A DNA stretch of 55,999 nt, counting the filler, from Sphacelaria rigidula (lineage: Eukaryota): NCBI GenBank assembly GCA_964200075.2. It is 6 parts of 6 records of this genome, joined end to end, with 100 filler letters (N's around TTAATTAATTAA, not from the genome) between each part and the next. Parts side by side here need not be neighbours in the genome. Positions count along the whole stretch, not along the records: positions 1 to 9,251 come from CAXNAA020008921.1; positions 9,352 to 18,601 come from CAXNAA020008922.1; 4 more parts are not named here. One strand, given 5' to 3'. The notes under the pieces were generated by a model. The model saw only the letters and a program-made list of their open reading frames with translations. It was not told the DNA's origin and made no database searches. The position numbers were made by a program, and so were the translations under genes. This document shows positions 1-11,770 of this stretch, piece after piece; the stretch's first letter is position 1, and each line of letters begins with the position of its first letter.

Positions 1-339
1 ATGGACACAATCCCGGGGAGCGGTTGGTTCTCATTTCAAAATACGTTCTCATTTTTCTGGCAACCCTGTTATTTCTTGATTGTATCCCGATGGTAATGAG
101 ACCTCAGCTTCTGTCCTGCCTGATTTAGCTAGATGCCAAGACTTCATTGCTTCTTCGTGCTCTTCGTATGCCATGCTTCATCCTACATTGCTTGTCATTG
201 TATTTAGAGTTCGTCCTGTACAGCTCGTGCTTCTTTTCCTAGGTGATATGGCTGCTATTCCTACTCTTCAACATCCCTCCTCTCGATTATTTTTTATTCT
301 TCCCCCTCTATCGACCGCGTAATTGCTGGTATATACTGC

Positions 340-1700
340 ACCACTTCTTTCTTGTGGTGACCCCAGTGACGGTCACTCGTTTGCAGTTTGTCGGGGTCTA
401 ACGATCCTCCGTCACCGGTTGTCAGAAGCACATGACAAATGGTTCTTATCCATTGGCGAACACAACCCCCGTACAACCCCTGCTACTTCTCACGGCGACT
501 GACTTTGAGTACAAGTCCATGCCGTTGGACTGTGCATACATGTAGGTTGTACGAAACAGTGATGAGTAGTTGCAGAATTCGTGAGGGTATACCGGGGAAG
601 GAGGACGCCCTGGTACTCGCCTGGACACATGGCCGGCGCCCCTCGGAGGTCGAAACTAGAAACTCCGAAGCTCTTCACGGCATAGGACTGAGGGTCCAAC
701 CCCCGACAAATGTACTTTGTTTTGTCGACCCGATACATCCCTTTTCCGGCAGTGAAAACGTAACAAGCCAAGAGTTCTTGTTTTCCGCTAAAGTCGACGC
801 TGTGCGGGCGTGCTGATCCAGTCCCCAATACCAAAAGGAGGACGTGCTCCGGGGGAAAATGGGTTGATCTCACGAGACGAAGGACTCGTTCCGAGATATG
901 GAGGATTTGTCCGTGTAAGAGAGACGAAACTACACGCACGCACGTCCACATGACCACTCGGACCAACCCGACCTAGTAAGTTATCGGTACGCTAAACGGG
1001 ATTCCATTTTTTGTGCGCTCGTCGCGCTCGACTGGCATCTTCGGGGATAATTTACTGCTGTGGTCCAACGTGGGCATAGCCGCAGCCGTTGGACGCTTTG
1101 CCACCACCTTTGTCGATGTTCAGCCATGTGTTGTTTCGATTGCGCATGCTGTCATTGTGCCCGAAACCAATCATGGCAACACCCCCATTTCGCCAGGAAA
1201 AGCGCGCCGGGAGGGAGGGGGGTATACTCATGATGTTGTATACCGTGGTCATATGATCAACGACATTACATCCCGACAGAGCCGGGACGGAGCAAGCCGG
1301 ATTTTCGCCGGACCAGGCTCAGGACGGGGGTAGCGGGGGGGAATCCCAGTGCTAAAGTAGCGAAGTACGACCTTGCCCATACGAAAAGTGGAAATATATG
1401 GTGTGTGTGTAGTTGGTGTTTTCAGCTTTTGGACGCAAGGCGACCATCTGGCACAATACATATCTCAGCCAATCACCGCCGTCAACACGCACATTATAAT
1501 TAAGAAGCCCATCTTTTTTTGCTAACAAAACATCCAATGACGAGCTCTGCAATTCGATCTCCCCGACCCATTACTCGTGAGTTTCGGCGAGGTGATCGAT
1601 GCGGGAGCAGTTGCTTGTCGCCTCATTCGCCAGGGAGCAATGGAGGGTCGATTTGCGGCATCCCGCGCCCAAACTGTTGGGGGCGGACGAGTTGCACATT
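340..1700 (-). pseudogene. Possible highly degenerate KDZ/CxC-type transposase relic
   Basis: Minus-strand fragments occur in the expected order: GEIELQS...DGLLNYN (~1570-1495), CPR[frameshift]GPQQ*IIPEDA (~1080-1035), DRHWGHHKK (~375-345). They recall IELQ..G.FNYN / CPxCGP..VIxDG / D.FH..GH motifs of CxC-associated KDZ-like proteins. Many stops and frameshifts. Confidence 0.25.
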
Positions 1701-2971
1701 GGTTGTTTGCTCGTCATGAACATCGCGTTTGTGATTAAACTAACTGAAGTATTTCCGACCAGTTGATGAACCCCCACAGTGTGGGATCGGGATCTGACAG
1801 AAAAAAGCTGTGTGGTGAGGACTCTCGGTTTCAATTTGTACCAACAGCTGCATTATATACTTGATGTCAAAGTCAGGCTCCAGCACAACTCGATGTGAAC
1901 TTGTCGAGTCATTTGAGCTCCGTTGTTCCAACATCAAATGAGTTCAAGCAGATGTTTGCTACAGAACGCAGTTGCAGTGTGATGTTCTTCAACTTCATGG
2001 CGCCCACAAGCTTGAGATTCCCCCAGGGTCGAGGCGTTGGCGGGCGCCGGCATCGGAGACCCCCACTTGTAGGTATCCTGGCCCATTCTGTGTGAAGCCG
2101 TAAATATTATGCGTGCGTCATGCACTTACGCAGTACCTGACCGCTTCATGTTAAATATTGGGGCAATCATCTACTCGTGACTCACTCTGTAGATGTGCAG
2201 TCTTGCCTGGGCACAACTGCCGAATCATGCATGTCGCAAGGGAAAGGTGCTGGTACAAGCAGCGCAATGGATGTTTTGTTTTCGTTCCACCCTCACCCTC
2301 CACCATTTCTTGTGACGAGTCTGTGGTTCCAAGGGGGTCAATTCATCTCTGCCTTGCCTGGTACATGTGTGACATTTTGATACCGCGGCTGGGGCTGGCA
2401 CTGCCGGACGTTGTCAACTCCGGTCAAATAGTGTGCGCTACTCACGTCCTCGCACTTGCAAAGCCGGAAATCTGATACGTACAAAAACGCGAATCCACCC
2501 GCATTCTCGAACCCTCATCCTTTCACCTAGCCGATTGAGAGGGACCAGTTGCATCACTGGGACAAGGCAGTGAAGGGATGGGTACACGTGGACCTTCCTG
2601 AGCTGCAAATTGCCGAATGCATTGAGGTCACCAGAAACAGAGTGCCACTTGAGCTTGACCCAAAAGACAAAATGTCACCAGGCGAAAATACCACCAAGCC
2701 ACGGAAAACATTACAGGAGATATCCGCAAGCACACGATAATCCACCATAACCACGTTACCTCCCCCCAGCTACGGTTCAAACACAGCGGCACCACACGAC
2801 CCGGAAACAGCCAAGTTAAGATCTCTTGCGGAGGTTTGTGCGGAATCATGAGGTCATCAAAACACAGATACGGTGAAACAGCACCACGCCAAGTTATCAG
2901 CCCGGAAAAGGGCGTGCAGGGGCCTTCTTATCGAGCTACCGCTCGCGCGGGCGGGATGAGGCCGCGGACAC

Positions 2972-5708
2972 CTAACGAGAGGAAGCAGATACGTCCAACT
3001 CTAGCTTTACGCCACCCCCCTCCTCCTTAGACGTTTCGTCATTCCCCGCTGCTACGTCAAATACCGACTCCATCCGCACCGTCCGGCGTGGCCATTTCGT
3101 GTTTTTTCCGCTGGCGATGCTCTTATGGCCGCTCCCATGTGTAGTGGTGCCGCTGGAGCCGCCATCGCTCATGCTGTTGCAACTGCTGGATTGTGCAGTC
3201 ACCAGTTCGCGACTCGTTCTTTCCCCGTTGAAACCTCGCGGAGGCGCAATATTCTGATCTATTTCCGTTTTCATGCGTGTCTGCGCCCCATCCGATAAAA
3301 CTCCATCTGCGGTTGCCGCGCCAGGGGGTTGTCTTGAGGCGACAGGCAACGTGGTCGTAACATTCGCACCCCGTCTCCTAGAACACGTGACACGTGAGCA
3401 ATGACAAACGTTTGCGTTACAGCAACCATCGTTTGCGTTGGGACCGGCATCCGATGAATGGGTGGCTTTTCCATCACGTTCATCAATATTGATATCACTT
3501 TCTCCCACGACTGAGTTATCGTTCGGGCGGTTCTTTTCTTGGACGTGTGGTACATCAGACGCCATGGCCAGACAGTGTGCAGCATCACGGCACATGTACT
3601 GGTGCTGCCGCAGCCGTTTGGAACAACGCTGCGAGACACATTCATTGTCGTTCATGGATACCAGTCCTGCGCAGGCGGGCGTGGCGCAGAACTTCGCCTC
3701 TCTGCCACCGGCCGCACCGAACGACGGACGTTTAGAGCATTCTCTGTCGCAACGCTTGCTGACTACGCTAACCATGCTCGTCCGGGTAAGTGGGCCGCAG
3801 AACTCTGCTTTCCTGCCACTGGTTGCACCGAAAAATGGTCGTTTGGAGCAACCCTCCTTGTCGAAGCGGCTGCTTGATACATTCACTATGCCCGCTGGGG
3901 CGTGCACGGCGCAGGACTCTGTCTTCCTGCCACCGGCTGCACCGAAAGATGGTCGTTCGGAACATCCCTCCTTGCAGCATCGCTTGCGGTTTACGTTAAC
4001 CATATCCGCTGGGGCGTGCACGGCGCGAACCTCCGCCTTTCTGCGACCGACTGCACCGAAAGATGGATGTTTGGAGCATCCCCCATTGCCGCGGAGGCTG
4101 CTTCTTACATTAACCATGCCCGCTGGGGCGTGCAGGGCGCAGAACTCTGCCTTCCTGCCACCGACTGCACCGAAATATGGTCGTTTGAAGCATCCCTCCT
4201 TACCGCACCGCTTGCTTGATACATTGACCATCCCCGTTGGGGCGTGTGTGGCACAGAACTCTGCCTTTCCGCCACCGGCTGCACCGAAACATGCTTGTGT
4301 GGAACATCCCTCCTTGCCGCATGGCTTGCGGTTTACGTTAACCATGTCCGCTGAGGCGTGCACGGCGCAAAACTTTGCACTTCTGCGACCGACTGCACCG
4401 AAAGACGGATGTTTGGAGCATCCCCCTTTGCCGCATCGCTTGCGGATCACGCTGACCATACCCTCTGGGGCGTGCAGGGCGCAGAACTCTGCCTTTTTGC
4501 CTCCGGCTGCACCGAGAGATGGTCGTGTTGAGCAGCCCTCCGTGCCGCAGCGGCTGCTTGATACGATAACCATGCCCGCTGGGGCGTGTGTGGCGCAGTA
4601 CTCTGCCTTCCTCCTACCGGCTGCACCGAGAGATGGTCGTTTGGAGCAGCCCTCCATGCCGCAGCGGCTGCTTGACACATCAACCATGCCCGCTGGGGCG
4701 TGCAGGGCGCAGAACTCTGCCTTCCTGCTACCGGCTGTACCAACAGATGGTCGTGTTGAGCAGCCCTCCGTGCCGCAGCGGCTGCTTCGTACGTCAACCA
4801 TACCCGCTGGGGCGTGCAGGGCGCAGAATTCTGCCTTCCTGCTACCGGCTGCACCGACAGATGGTCGTGTTGAGCAGCCCTCCTTGCCACAGCGGCTGCT
4901 TGTTACGATAACCATGCCCGCTGGGGCGTGCAGGGCGCAGAACTCTGCCTTCCTGCCACCGGCTGCACCGAAAGATGGTCGTGTTGAGCATCTCTCCTTG
5001 CCACAGCGGCTGCTTGATACATCATGCCCGCTGGGGCGTGTGTGACGCAGAACTCTGCCTTCCTGCTACCAGCTGCACCGACAGATGGTCGTGTTGAGCA
5101 TCCCTCCTTGCCGCAGCGGCTGCTTGATACAATAACCATGCCCGCTGGGGCGTGTGTGGCGCAGAATTCTGCCTTCCTCCTACCGGCTGCACCGAAAGAT
5201 GGTCGTTTGGAGCAGCCCTCCTTGCCGCAGCGGCTGCTTGTTACATTAACCATACCCACTAGGGCGTGTGTGGCGCAGAACTCTGCCTTCCTGCCACGGG
5301 CTGCACCGAAAGATGGTCGTTTGGAGCATCCCTTCTTGCCGCAGCGGTTGCTTGATACAATAACCATGCCCGCTTGAGCGTGTGTGGCGCAGAATTCTGC
5401 CTTCCTGCCACGAGCTGCACCGAAAGATGGTCGTTTGGAGCAGCCCTCCTTTAGACACCACTTGCTAATTACGTCAACCATTCCCGCTGGGGCATGTGTA
5501 GCGCAGAATTCTGCCTTCCTGCCACCGGCTGCACCGAGAGATAGATGTTCGGAGCATCCCTCCTTGCCGCATCGCTTGCTTTTTCCCTTGATCATGCCCG
5601 CCGGGACGTGTGTGGCGCAGAACTCTGCCTTTCTGCCACCGGCTGCACCGAAAAATGGCCGTTTGGAGCAACCTCCCTCACCACACAGCTCACCAATCCA
5701 GCACAAGC
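2972..5708 (-). CDS. EsV-1-7 cysteine-rich repeat protein (~18 x 38-aa C-x4-C...C-x2-H units), frameshifted at ~5020; possible pseudogene or assembly error
   Basis: ORFs 4903..5808 and 2972..4915 carry consecutive units like CGKEGCSKRPSFGAAGGRKAEFCATHAPAGMVNVSSKR, the EsV-1-7 motif. A 4-nt deletion at ~5021 (gatacatcatgcc versus gatacaataaccatgcc in sister units) splits the frame. A low-complexity C-terminal tail ends GGGVKLELDVSASSR*. The 5' boundary is a guess from a candidate acceptor (ttggtgcag) at 5710-5709. Confidence 0.88.
3635..5690. repeat. Coding tandem array, 114-bp unit, ~18 copies
   Basis: Recurrent 'catgcccgctggggcgtg...gcagaactctgccttcctgccaccggctgcaccgaaagatggtcgt' at 114-nt spacing. 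Confidence 0.95.
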
Positions 5709-5892
5709 CTGCACCAATCAAGCAGCAAAGGCAACCGTATATCGTGCCCATGAGAGGTGTAGGTGAACCGTCATATTGTATATCGATCAAAAACAGGCAC
5801 GTGGACAAGAGTGGACTGACTCACCATCTCACCGTGGAATGCGCAGGCAACAACGATAGCAAATGGAGCACGACCGCCACAGGGGGGGGGGG

Positions 5893-6142
5893 GGGCGACG
5901 TCTTCATGATGAGGGGCGTAGCATCGAGACTGTTGCTGCCATGGCCGGGCGATTGAACAAAGGAAGTGGTATTNNNNNNNNNNCACCAACCCCGCGGAGG
6001 CGGCAGAGGCAACGCCCGCAGACAGACGCGGGGGCCCGAGCGCGGGGGGGGGGGGGGGGGGGGGCGACGTCTTCATGATGAGGGTCGTAGCATCGAGACT
6101 GTTGCTGCCATGGCCGGGCGATTGAACAAATGAAGTGGTATT
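5893..6142. repeat. ~80-bp duplication either side of a short N gap (probable scaffolding overlap)
   Basis: gcgacgtcttcatgatgagg...gaagtggtatt occurs at ~5893-5973 and ~6061-6142, each preceded by poly-G, with 11 N between. Confidence 0.8.
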
Positions 6143-9100
6143 GAACACTGAAGCTGCACAACAGTTCCTAGTCACTACGGCGCTGGAATGGTTTTTCCAC
6201 TTGTAATATTTGATCTCCACACGCCGCGCTACCACTCTGACTTTAGCGCCTTGCGTCGGGGGCCATACAGACTGGACAGCAAGTTCGTGTAAGTAATATC
6301 CGTGAGCAATTAGCGATTATTGCGAACCCTTCATACCAGGTAGGTGATATAGTGGTGAACAGCATTCGCCGACCCTCAACATATTTGTCGTATTGTCATG
6401 CGTATTGATAAACACCACTATATCCTGCGTTGGGTAGGCGAAGGGTGCTCCACACTGGGTGCGGCGACGGTCGGCACTTAGCGGGGATTGTGCGTAAGAC
6501 TGAACCCACCATACGTCACTCAATGTACTGGGGTTCAAGGAAGTGGGGTATCCCAATCCTAGTACCTGTTGAGGGTCTGGTGTCTTCCAAATCTGTTGCT
6601 GGCTTACCGGCAATGAGAGTACCTCCAACACGGGCTCGTAGCCTGAAGCCAGGTTCAACACCCTCAACAGAAGTACGCCATTTTCGTGCTTCGCGATCTG
6701 CAACGTGAACCATCCATGCATCCCACCATCGTTCTTTCCATGTTCATGCCCGACTGCTGTACTGGCTACTTTCTTCCAGGCAGGTCGGTTTCACGCGTAC
6801 GTTTCGAGGACGGCTCGCATAACACCAAGTGTTGGGAACACATCAGGGTGTCCCAGACATAATCACTTCTCCCCAGTCCATGTATGGGTCACCATGCGTC
6901 GCTACTTCACTAATTCTCCCGGGTAGACCTGCGTCGCCGAAAGCTTAGCCACCGATTCCTCCATGTTTTGTACTGGCCTCCCTCCCGTCGAGGTCTCCAG
7001 ATATCTACATACCGCTTGGTGCTCTTCGTTGTTGGTCATGCGGTTGGTCATTAGCAAGGTGTTTGTTTCTTAAATGCCGTAAGTCTGGACGTTTTCGTTA
7101 GGCATTATCCGCCGTTCCCTTTATTCGACGCCTGTGCACCCAACGTCAAGAGCTGTAGGAAAATGGCCAACCGGATTATCATCGGCCAACGAAAGAGGTT
7201 TCCCGGTATGACACCACGAGACAGAACAGTGTGAAATTAAGATGTCGGGGTCACTCTATTCCATCTGTACTCGTTATATGTCTAACTAAGATTACGTGCG
7301 AGCGCTCCCGTGCAAGCGGGACACTTAACGAACCCCTTCAGCTTGACGTCACCCTGCGACATTTTGCATTTTCGAAAGCTTGATAAGATAGTGCAATGTT
7401 TTCCCGTCACCGTTCACGTTCGACGAGTGCGAGATTCGACCTCCGACCCAAGCAGTCAGTGCATGAAAGTATGCGCGTAATAGGCAATACAAGGAGCCCT
7501 GATCGTGGATCTGACACTTTGATTCTAAAAAACGGAAATTTCAACTATACATGCATACACGCAATGAACACAGGTGACAACAGACTGCAGAACGCAAGAA
7601 GAGCGTATCCGTTCTCTCCGGGCTAGAGTTTTCTTTGGACCATGTTGCTGTAAATTTGTGGCTGTATATTGCGCAAAACACATAAAAACGTAAGGTTGAT
7701 CAGGTTGTGCAATGATTTTCCATCACCGTTCATCTTAGACGAGGACAAGATTCCACGTTGACCCAAGTATATGTGCAACACACTTACGTCGAAGCGGTAA
7801 CGCGATTAGTTTTTTATTGCAACGTAGGCGTCCAATCAGTCAGAGCGTAAGCAAGAACAGCAACGCATTGCAGCTTACCGCCCGGCGTTTTTTTCGCAGG
7901 CCTTTCGTTGCTTCGATTTCAATTAACAACGGTCATGGACGCTGTATTTGTTGTGACCTATTTGCAACCATCTGTCCGGCGCGGTTAACTCCCACGACAT
8001 TCTGCCGTGTCTCGCTTTCAGTCTCCATCATTTGCCGCAGTAAGCAAGAGTTCATGTTCAGCAGTGATGTCTGTGTTTTTCTTGGAGCTATTCGTAGATG
8101 TGCTGAGATGTTGCCAGAGTCAATATATGTCCTCGATTGAGCTTTCTCCGTATATTCATTGTCGGTGTACATCGGAGGTTGATACGCGAATGTTGAGGGA
8201 TATTTCGACTTGCAGGTTGTACAAAAATACATGGCTTCTTCGTAACGAAGATACATACTGGGGAAGCGACGCAGGTTCCTTCGCGAAGGTTTCCTCGTGT
8301 GCCTTCAGCCCCTCTTCCACATGTGCGTATTATATAGTAACACATTCGGCGTAGGGATATTGCGTGGTGCAATTATAATATCATGTGTCGTGCTTGGTTT
8401 CGACGTATGTATAGTGTATACGTGAGAGTGTCGTGGGTCCGAGTGTGTTCAGGGAAACGACTTATTGCTCTTGCTGAATGCAGCACCTCTTGCTATGCTT
8501 CTACGTGATGATATAAATAATATACATTCGAATATTCCCTTCCGCCGACAATTTGAAGTGAGGCGTGTTATTGAAAATTGAGCATCGCATATGTATTTGC
8601 ACCCCAGATTAACTTTTTTGTTTAATTAGACAGGAGAACTTGAGTAGCCCCCGGGCGTATGCCTGCACGGGAAGTTTTCGCCCGACTTGGCGAGCTGATG
8701 ACCTATATACGTATACGCACCAATTTGTGCAGCTCACTGCTATATACACCGGGCTCACTTGCGTTCGAGTGGAACCCCCCAATCATCTGGCTGCATGCCT
8801 GGGATCCTGTAACATACCCGAGCATTAGGGCGCAGATTATTCGCAGGGTATCCCTGTCTCAAGGGTGAAAGTCTTTTTACAGGGGCATCATAAGCCCCCT
8901 GCGCAGGGTCTACGCAAAGGGATGTCCCTGAAACAGGACTTTCATCCTTGGGCAGGGATAACCCTGCTCAGGTTCTTCACAGTGGATGGACTGTGACTTT
9001 GCACACAGTCCGGTAACCTGGGTCATCCGAGTACCCTGCACTCGGCCTACGCAGTTCACCCACAGAGGAGACCTTTGCCCACGTGTGTTACTTTTCCGTC

Positions 9101-9149
9101 TTGACTTTGTGCATTTCTCGGCAAGCAGTTCTTTTGACGATGAACGTCT

Positions 9150-9251
9150 TCCCCTCACACCATGCCCAACAGTGGAGGGCGACTATGTCGTGGGTACAGA
9201 AAATTCGACTGAATGGAGGTCGACGAGGGAAAGGGACTGCTGAACCCCTCT
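9150..9251 (+). mobile_element. tRNA-derived SINE, internal fragment cut by contig end
   Basis: ctcacaccatgcccaacagtggagggcgactatgtcgtgggtacagaaaattcgact...gggactgctgaacccctct matches the body of the 40607 copy. Confidence 0.8.
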
Positions 9252-9351
9252 NNNNNNNNNNNNNNNNNNNNNNNNNNNNNNNNNNNNNNNNNNNNTTAAT
9301 TAATTAANNNNNNNNNNNNNNNNNNNNNNNNNNNNNNNNNNNNNNNNNNNN
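9252..9351. other. Artificial contig linker N44-TTAATTAATTAA-N44
   Basis: Six-frame-stop spacer inside a 100-nt N block. Confidence 0.98.
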
Positions 9352-10961
9352 CTCCTGATTTGTTTTTTTCCTCTCAAACGAGACACCTGTTTATCAGCCT
9401 TTGGGGCGTCAGTTGCTCAGCCACACGTCGTCGAAACAATACGCACGAGCCGTAAGTGGTTTGTTCTTGTGTCTCATGAATATAATCGGATGGTGTTCAA
9501 TGGTGTGAGCAGTGTTGAGTGTTGTTTTCGATTTATTTATCAATAGTTCTTTGATGATTCAAGATGATTCAAGCAAGCAAGTAAAAATGATGACGCCAAA
9601 TAATTTACGCAGATCCTCAGGCTACACCCCCTCAGCCACACTAGTGCGGCCGTTGCAGTGATTGCTGCGGTCACAGATGGGTGAAGGGTTTGTGGTTCGT
9701 CGCAACTGCCCCCCTCCTTCGCCTCGATCTTTTGCCCCAACTCATTAAACCCGTTTCCCCCCACCGCGTGTTTGACGGTTTCAGTTTTTAGTCTCGCCGC
9801 GTTTGTGCGAAAAGTCCTTAGCTCTGCTTGTTCTGATGTTAGGGTGCCGAACTCTAGTAATCTGACTCACTTGGGTTTGCTAGGATTCATGATCAGGTTG
9901 CATCAAGATATGGATTAAGCGGTTTATGTTCGCTTACACAGTGTACTTCAAGCCCAACACCGAACCAAGACTTGCCGAGACCGCGACTGCTGTTTTGTTC
10001 TTCGCTGTTTGTGCTTGGGTGTGCTCTGCAAGTGAAGTGACTTTTCTCCCCCGTTTAACCCATTCTAAAACCAAGTAACTTGTGGTTGAGCTTAGTTGCA
10101 TTGAGTATATAGGATTTAGTGTAGAAACGGAACCTGCCAGCCCGGACACGGTCCCAACAGTGCTACCCCCCCTCACCCCAATCGGCCCCAAATGGAAAAA
10201 AGTGAGTGTGGGTCCAGGAATATCTTTTTGCACCCGCCCTTGCATCTACAGGCAATTTTTTCCCGTGGATTGATTTTTCGAACCCCAGTCCGATGGGCAA
10301 TATTTGTCGGCTAGCTGTGAGCAAACCAGATCAATTCTCCGATTTTGTGGACGTTGACGTTTGGTTCACCACATTTCTGCCTAAATCGGGACACTCCCGC
10401 ATCCCCCCCGGTTTTTCGCATTGTAAGCAGAGAGAAGTGGTAGTCCTTGGGTGTCTGCACTGCACGTTGCCCGCTTCTCCTTTATATTATCCTGCATGAA
10501 ACACGCACACACGCTATCAACACACCCTGCTTGCAAGCAGTGCAGGCAGTACAGACTGTCTGTACTGAACACGAGTGACCATGTTCCGTTTCACAACTTT
10601 CACTTCTATGGTACAACCGAGGTGGAGTTTGGGGTGTTGCCAAATAATGTCTAGGTAGCTATTATAGCTACCTAGCCGTATATTCCGCTCGGGTGCGTTA
10701 GTCGTTAGTGCACGTGCATGTAATTATTCTTGTGTTCGGGGAGAAACCCCTGAGCCCTCCGAACACATGGTTGCGGACTTATTGTACTGAACGGTCTTGT
10801 TTCGAAAATGGATATAGTAGAAACCCCCGAGCCCTCCAACCCCATGGTTGCGGACTTACTGAACTGTACAGTCTTGTTTCGGAAACAAATGGTACAGTCT
10901 GTGGTGTTGCTAGATGATGTCGCCTAGCTAGCTACCTACCCACCTCGCCATATATCCCGCA

Positions 10962-11030
10962 GACGGTCGACGAGGGAAAGGCAGTGCTGATCCTCTGTCA
11001 CGATGAAAATAAAAAAAGGCAACCACCATA
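10962..11030 (+). mobile_element. tRNA-derived SINE fragment
   Basis: cggtcgacgagggaaaggcagtgctgatcctctgtcacgatgaaaataaaaaaaggcaa matches the SINE body. Confidence 0.65.
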
Positions 11031-11252
11031 TAAAGGTACAGCTCCGATTGAGGGACATTGTAGTTCACCTGCTAACAGTGATATTTTTTTCACTAGACTC
11101 AAGTTTTTATGCTGTGTATCATTCCACGATATGTGCAGCCCTGTATGCAGGTCTATGTCTGTAATACAGCAGCTGCATGCAGGACTTGTTCAAAACACTG
11201 TTCTGTGGCTACCAAGGTACATAGACAGCTCTCAAAATCTCCATATGCAGTG

Positions 11253-11550
11253 ACGGTCGCCCCAGTCGCTCAGTTAATAACCTCGACACCTTCTGATGGT
11301 TGAGTCGTGGATTGAAATCGCTGAGCAATCTGGGATTTTTTCTCACACCATACTCAACAGTGGAGAGCGACTATGTCGTGGGTACACAAAAGGAAGATGA
11401 AGTACTAAAGGCAACTCGAAAATAAAAAGCTCATGTGTTGTTGACCTTCCTCCTGTGTGACCACCTGCCACGGCTGGTGCGCATACATATACCGAAAGTT
11501 ATAGACTGGCGCCCAGGATAAATGGCACGCTACAAACACAACAATACAAC
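11253..11550 (+). mobile_element. tRNA-derived SINE, internally deleted copy
   Basis: Head acggtcgccccagtcgctcagttaataacctcg, body tgggatttttctcacaccat...ctcctgtgtgacc, CA-rich tail. Confidence 0.8.
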
Positions 11551-11699
11551 CTAGCCGACACCCGAGGAACTTTCCTCGTGGTCATAAGTTTCCAATGGAC
11601 GAGACTCGTGAGGCCTCAACGTAGAACAATAAAGGCTGTCCGGTTCGCATAAGTGTACGTTTTAACCCTTGATCCGCGGCGACGGTACTGCATCTCAAT

Positions 11700-11770
11700 C
11701 ACGCATACTCTTTTCAAGTGAATATTGATGCCGATTCAGCAGGTAACCTGCCCTCGCGATCGAAGGATGA
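11700..11770 (+). repeat. Dispersed repeat family 'ttttcaagtgaa..tgatgccgattcagcagg..accctcgcgg' (other copies ~15505-15605, 47040-47125, 47420-47500, 47885-47950, 55858-55925)
   Basis: The same motif is present in both orientations in two separate contigs. Confidence 0.7.

Noticed and set aside
3635-5690. CRISPR-like regular repeats
   Set aside because: Contiguous 114-bp coding units with no unique spacers, in a eukaryotic context with no cas genes.
3438-5956. Long plus-strand ORFs (535, 117 and 190 aa) with repeats
   Set aside because: Antisense shadows of the EsV-1-7 array; the recognisable Cys/His motif is on the minus strand.
6300-8400. Decayed coding-like sequence upstream of the EsV-1-7 gene (checked for TET/JBP or viral motifs)
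   Set aside because: No convincing motif in any frame by eye.
9296-9307. Recurrent TTAATTAATTAA at ~9350-bp spacing
   Set aside because: Artificial linker inside N runs, not biological periodicity.
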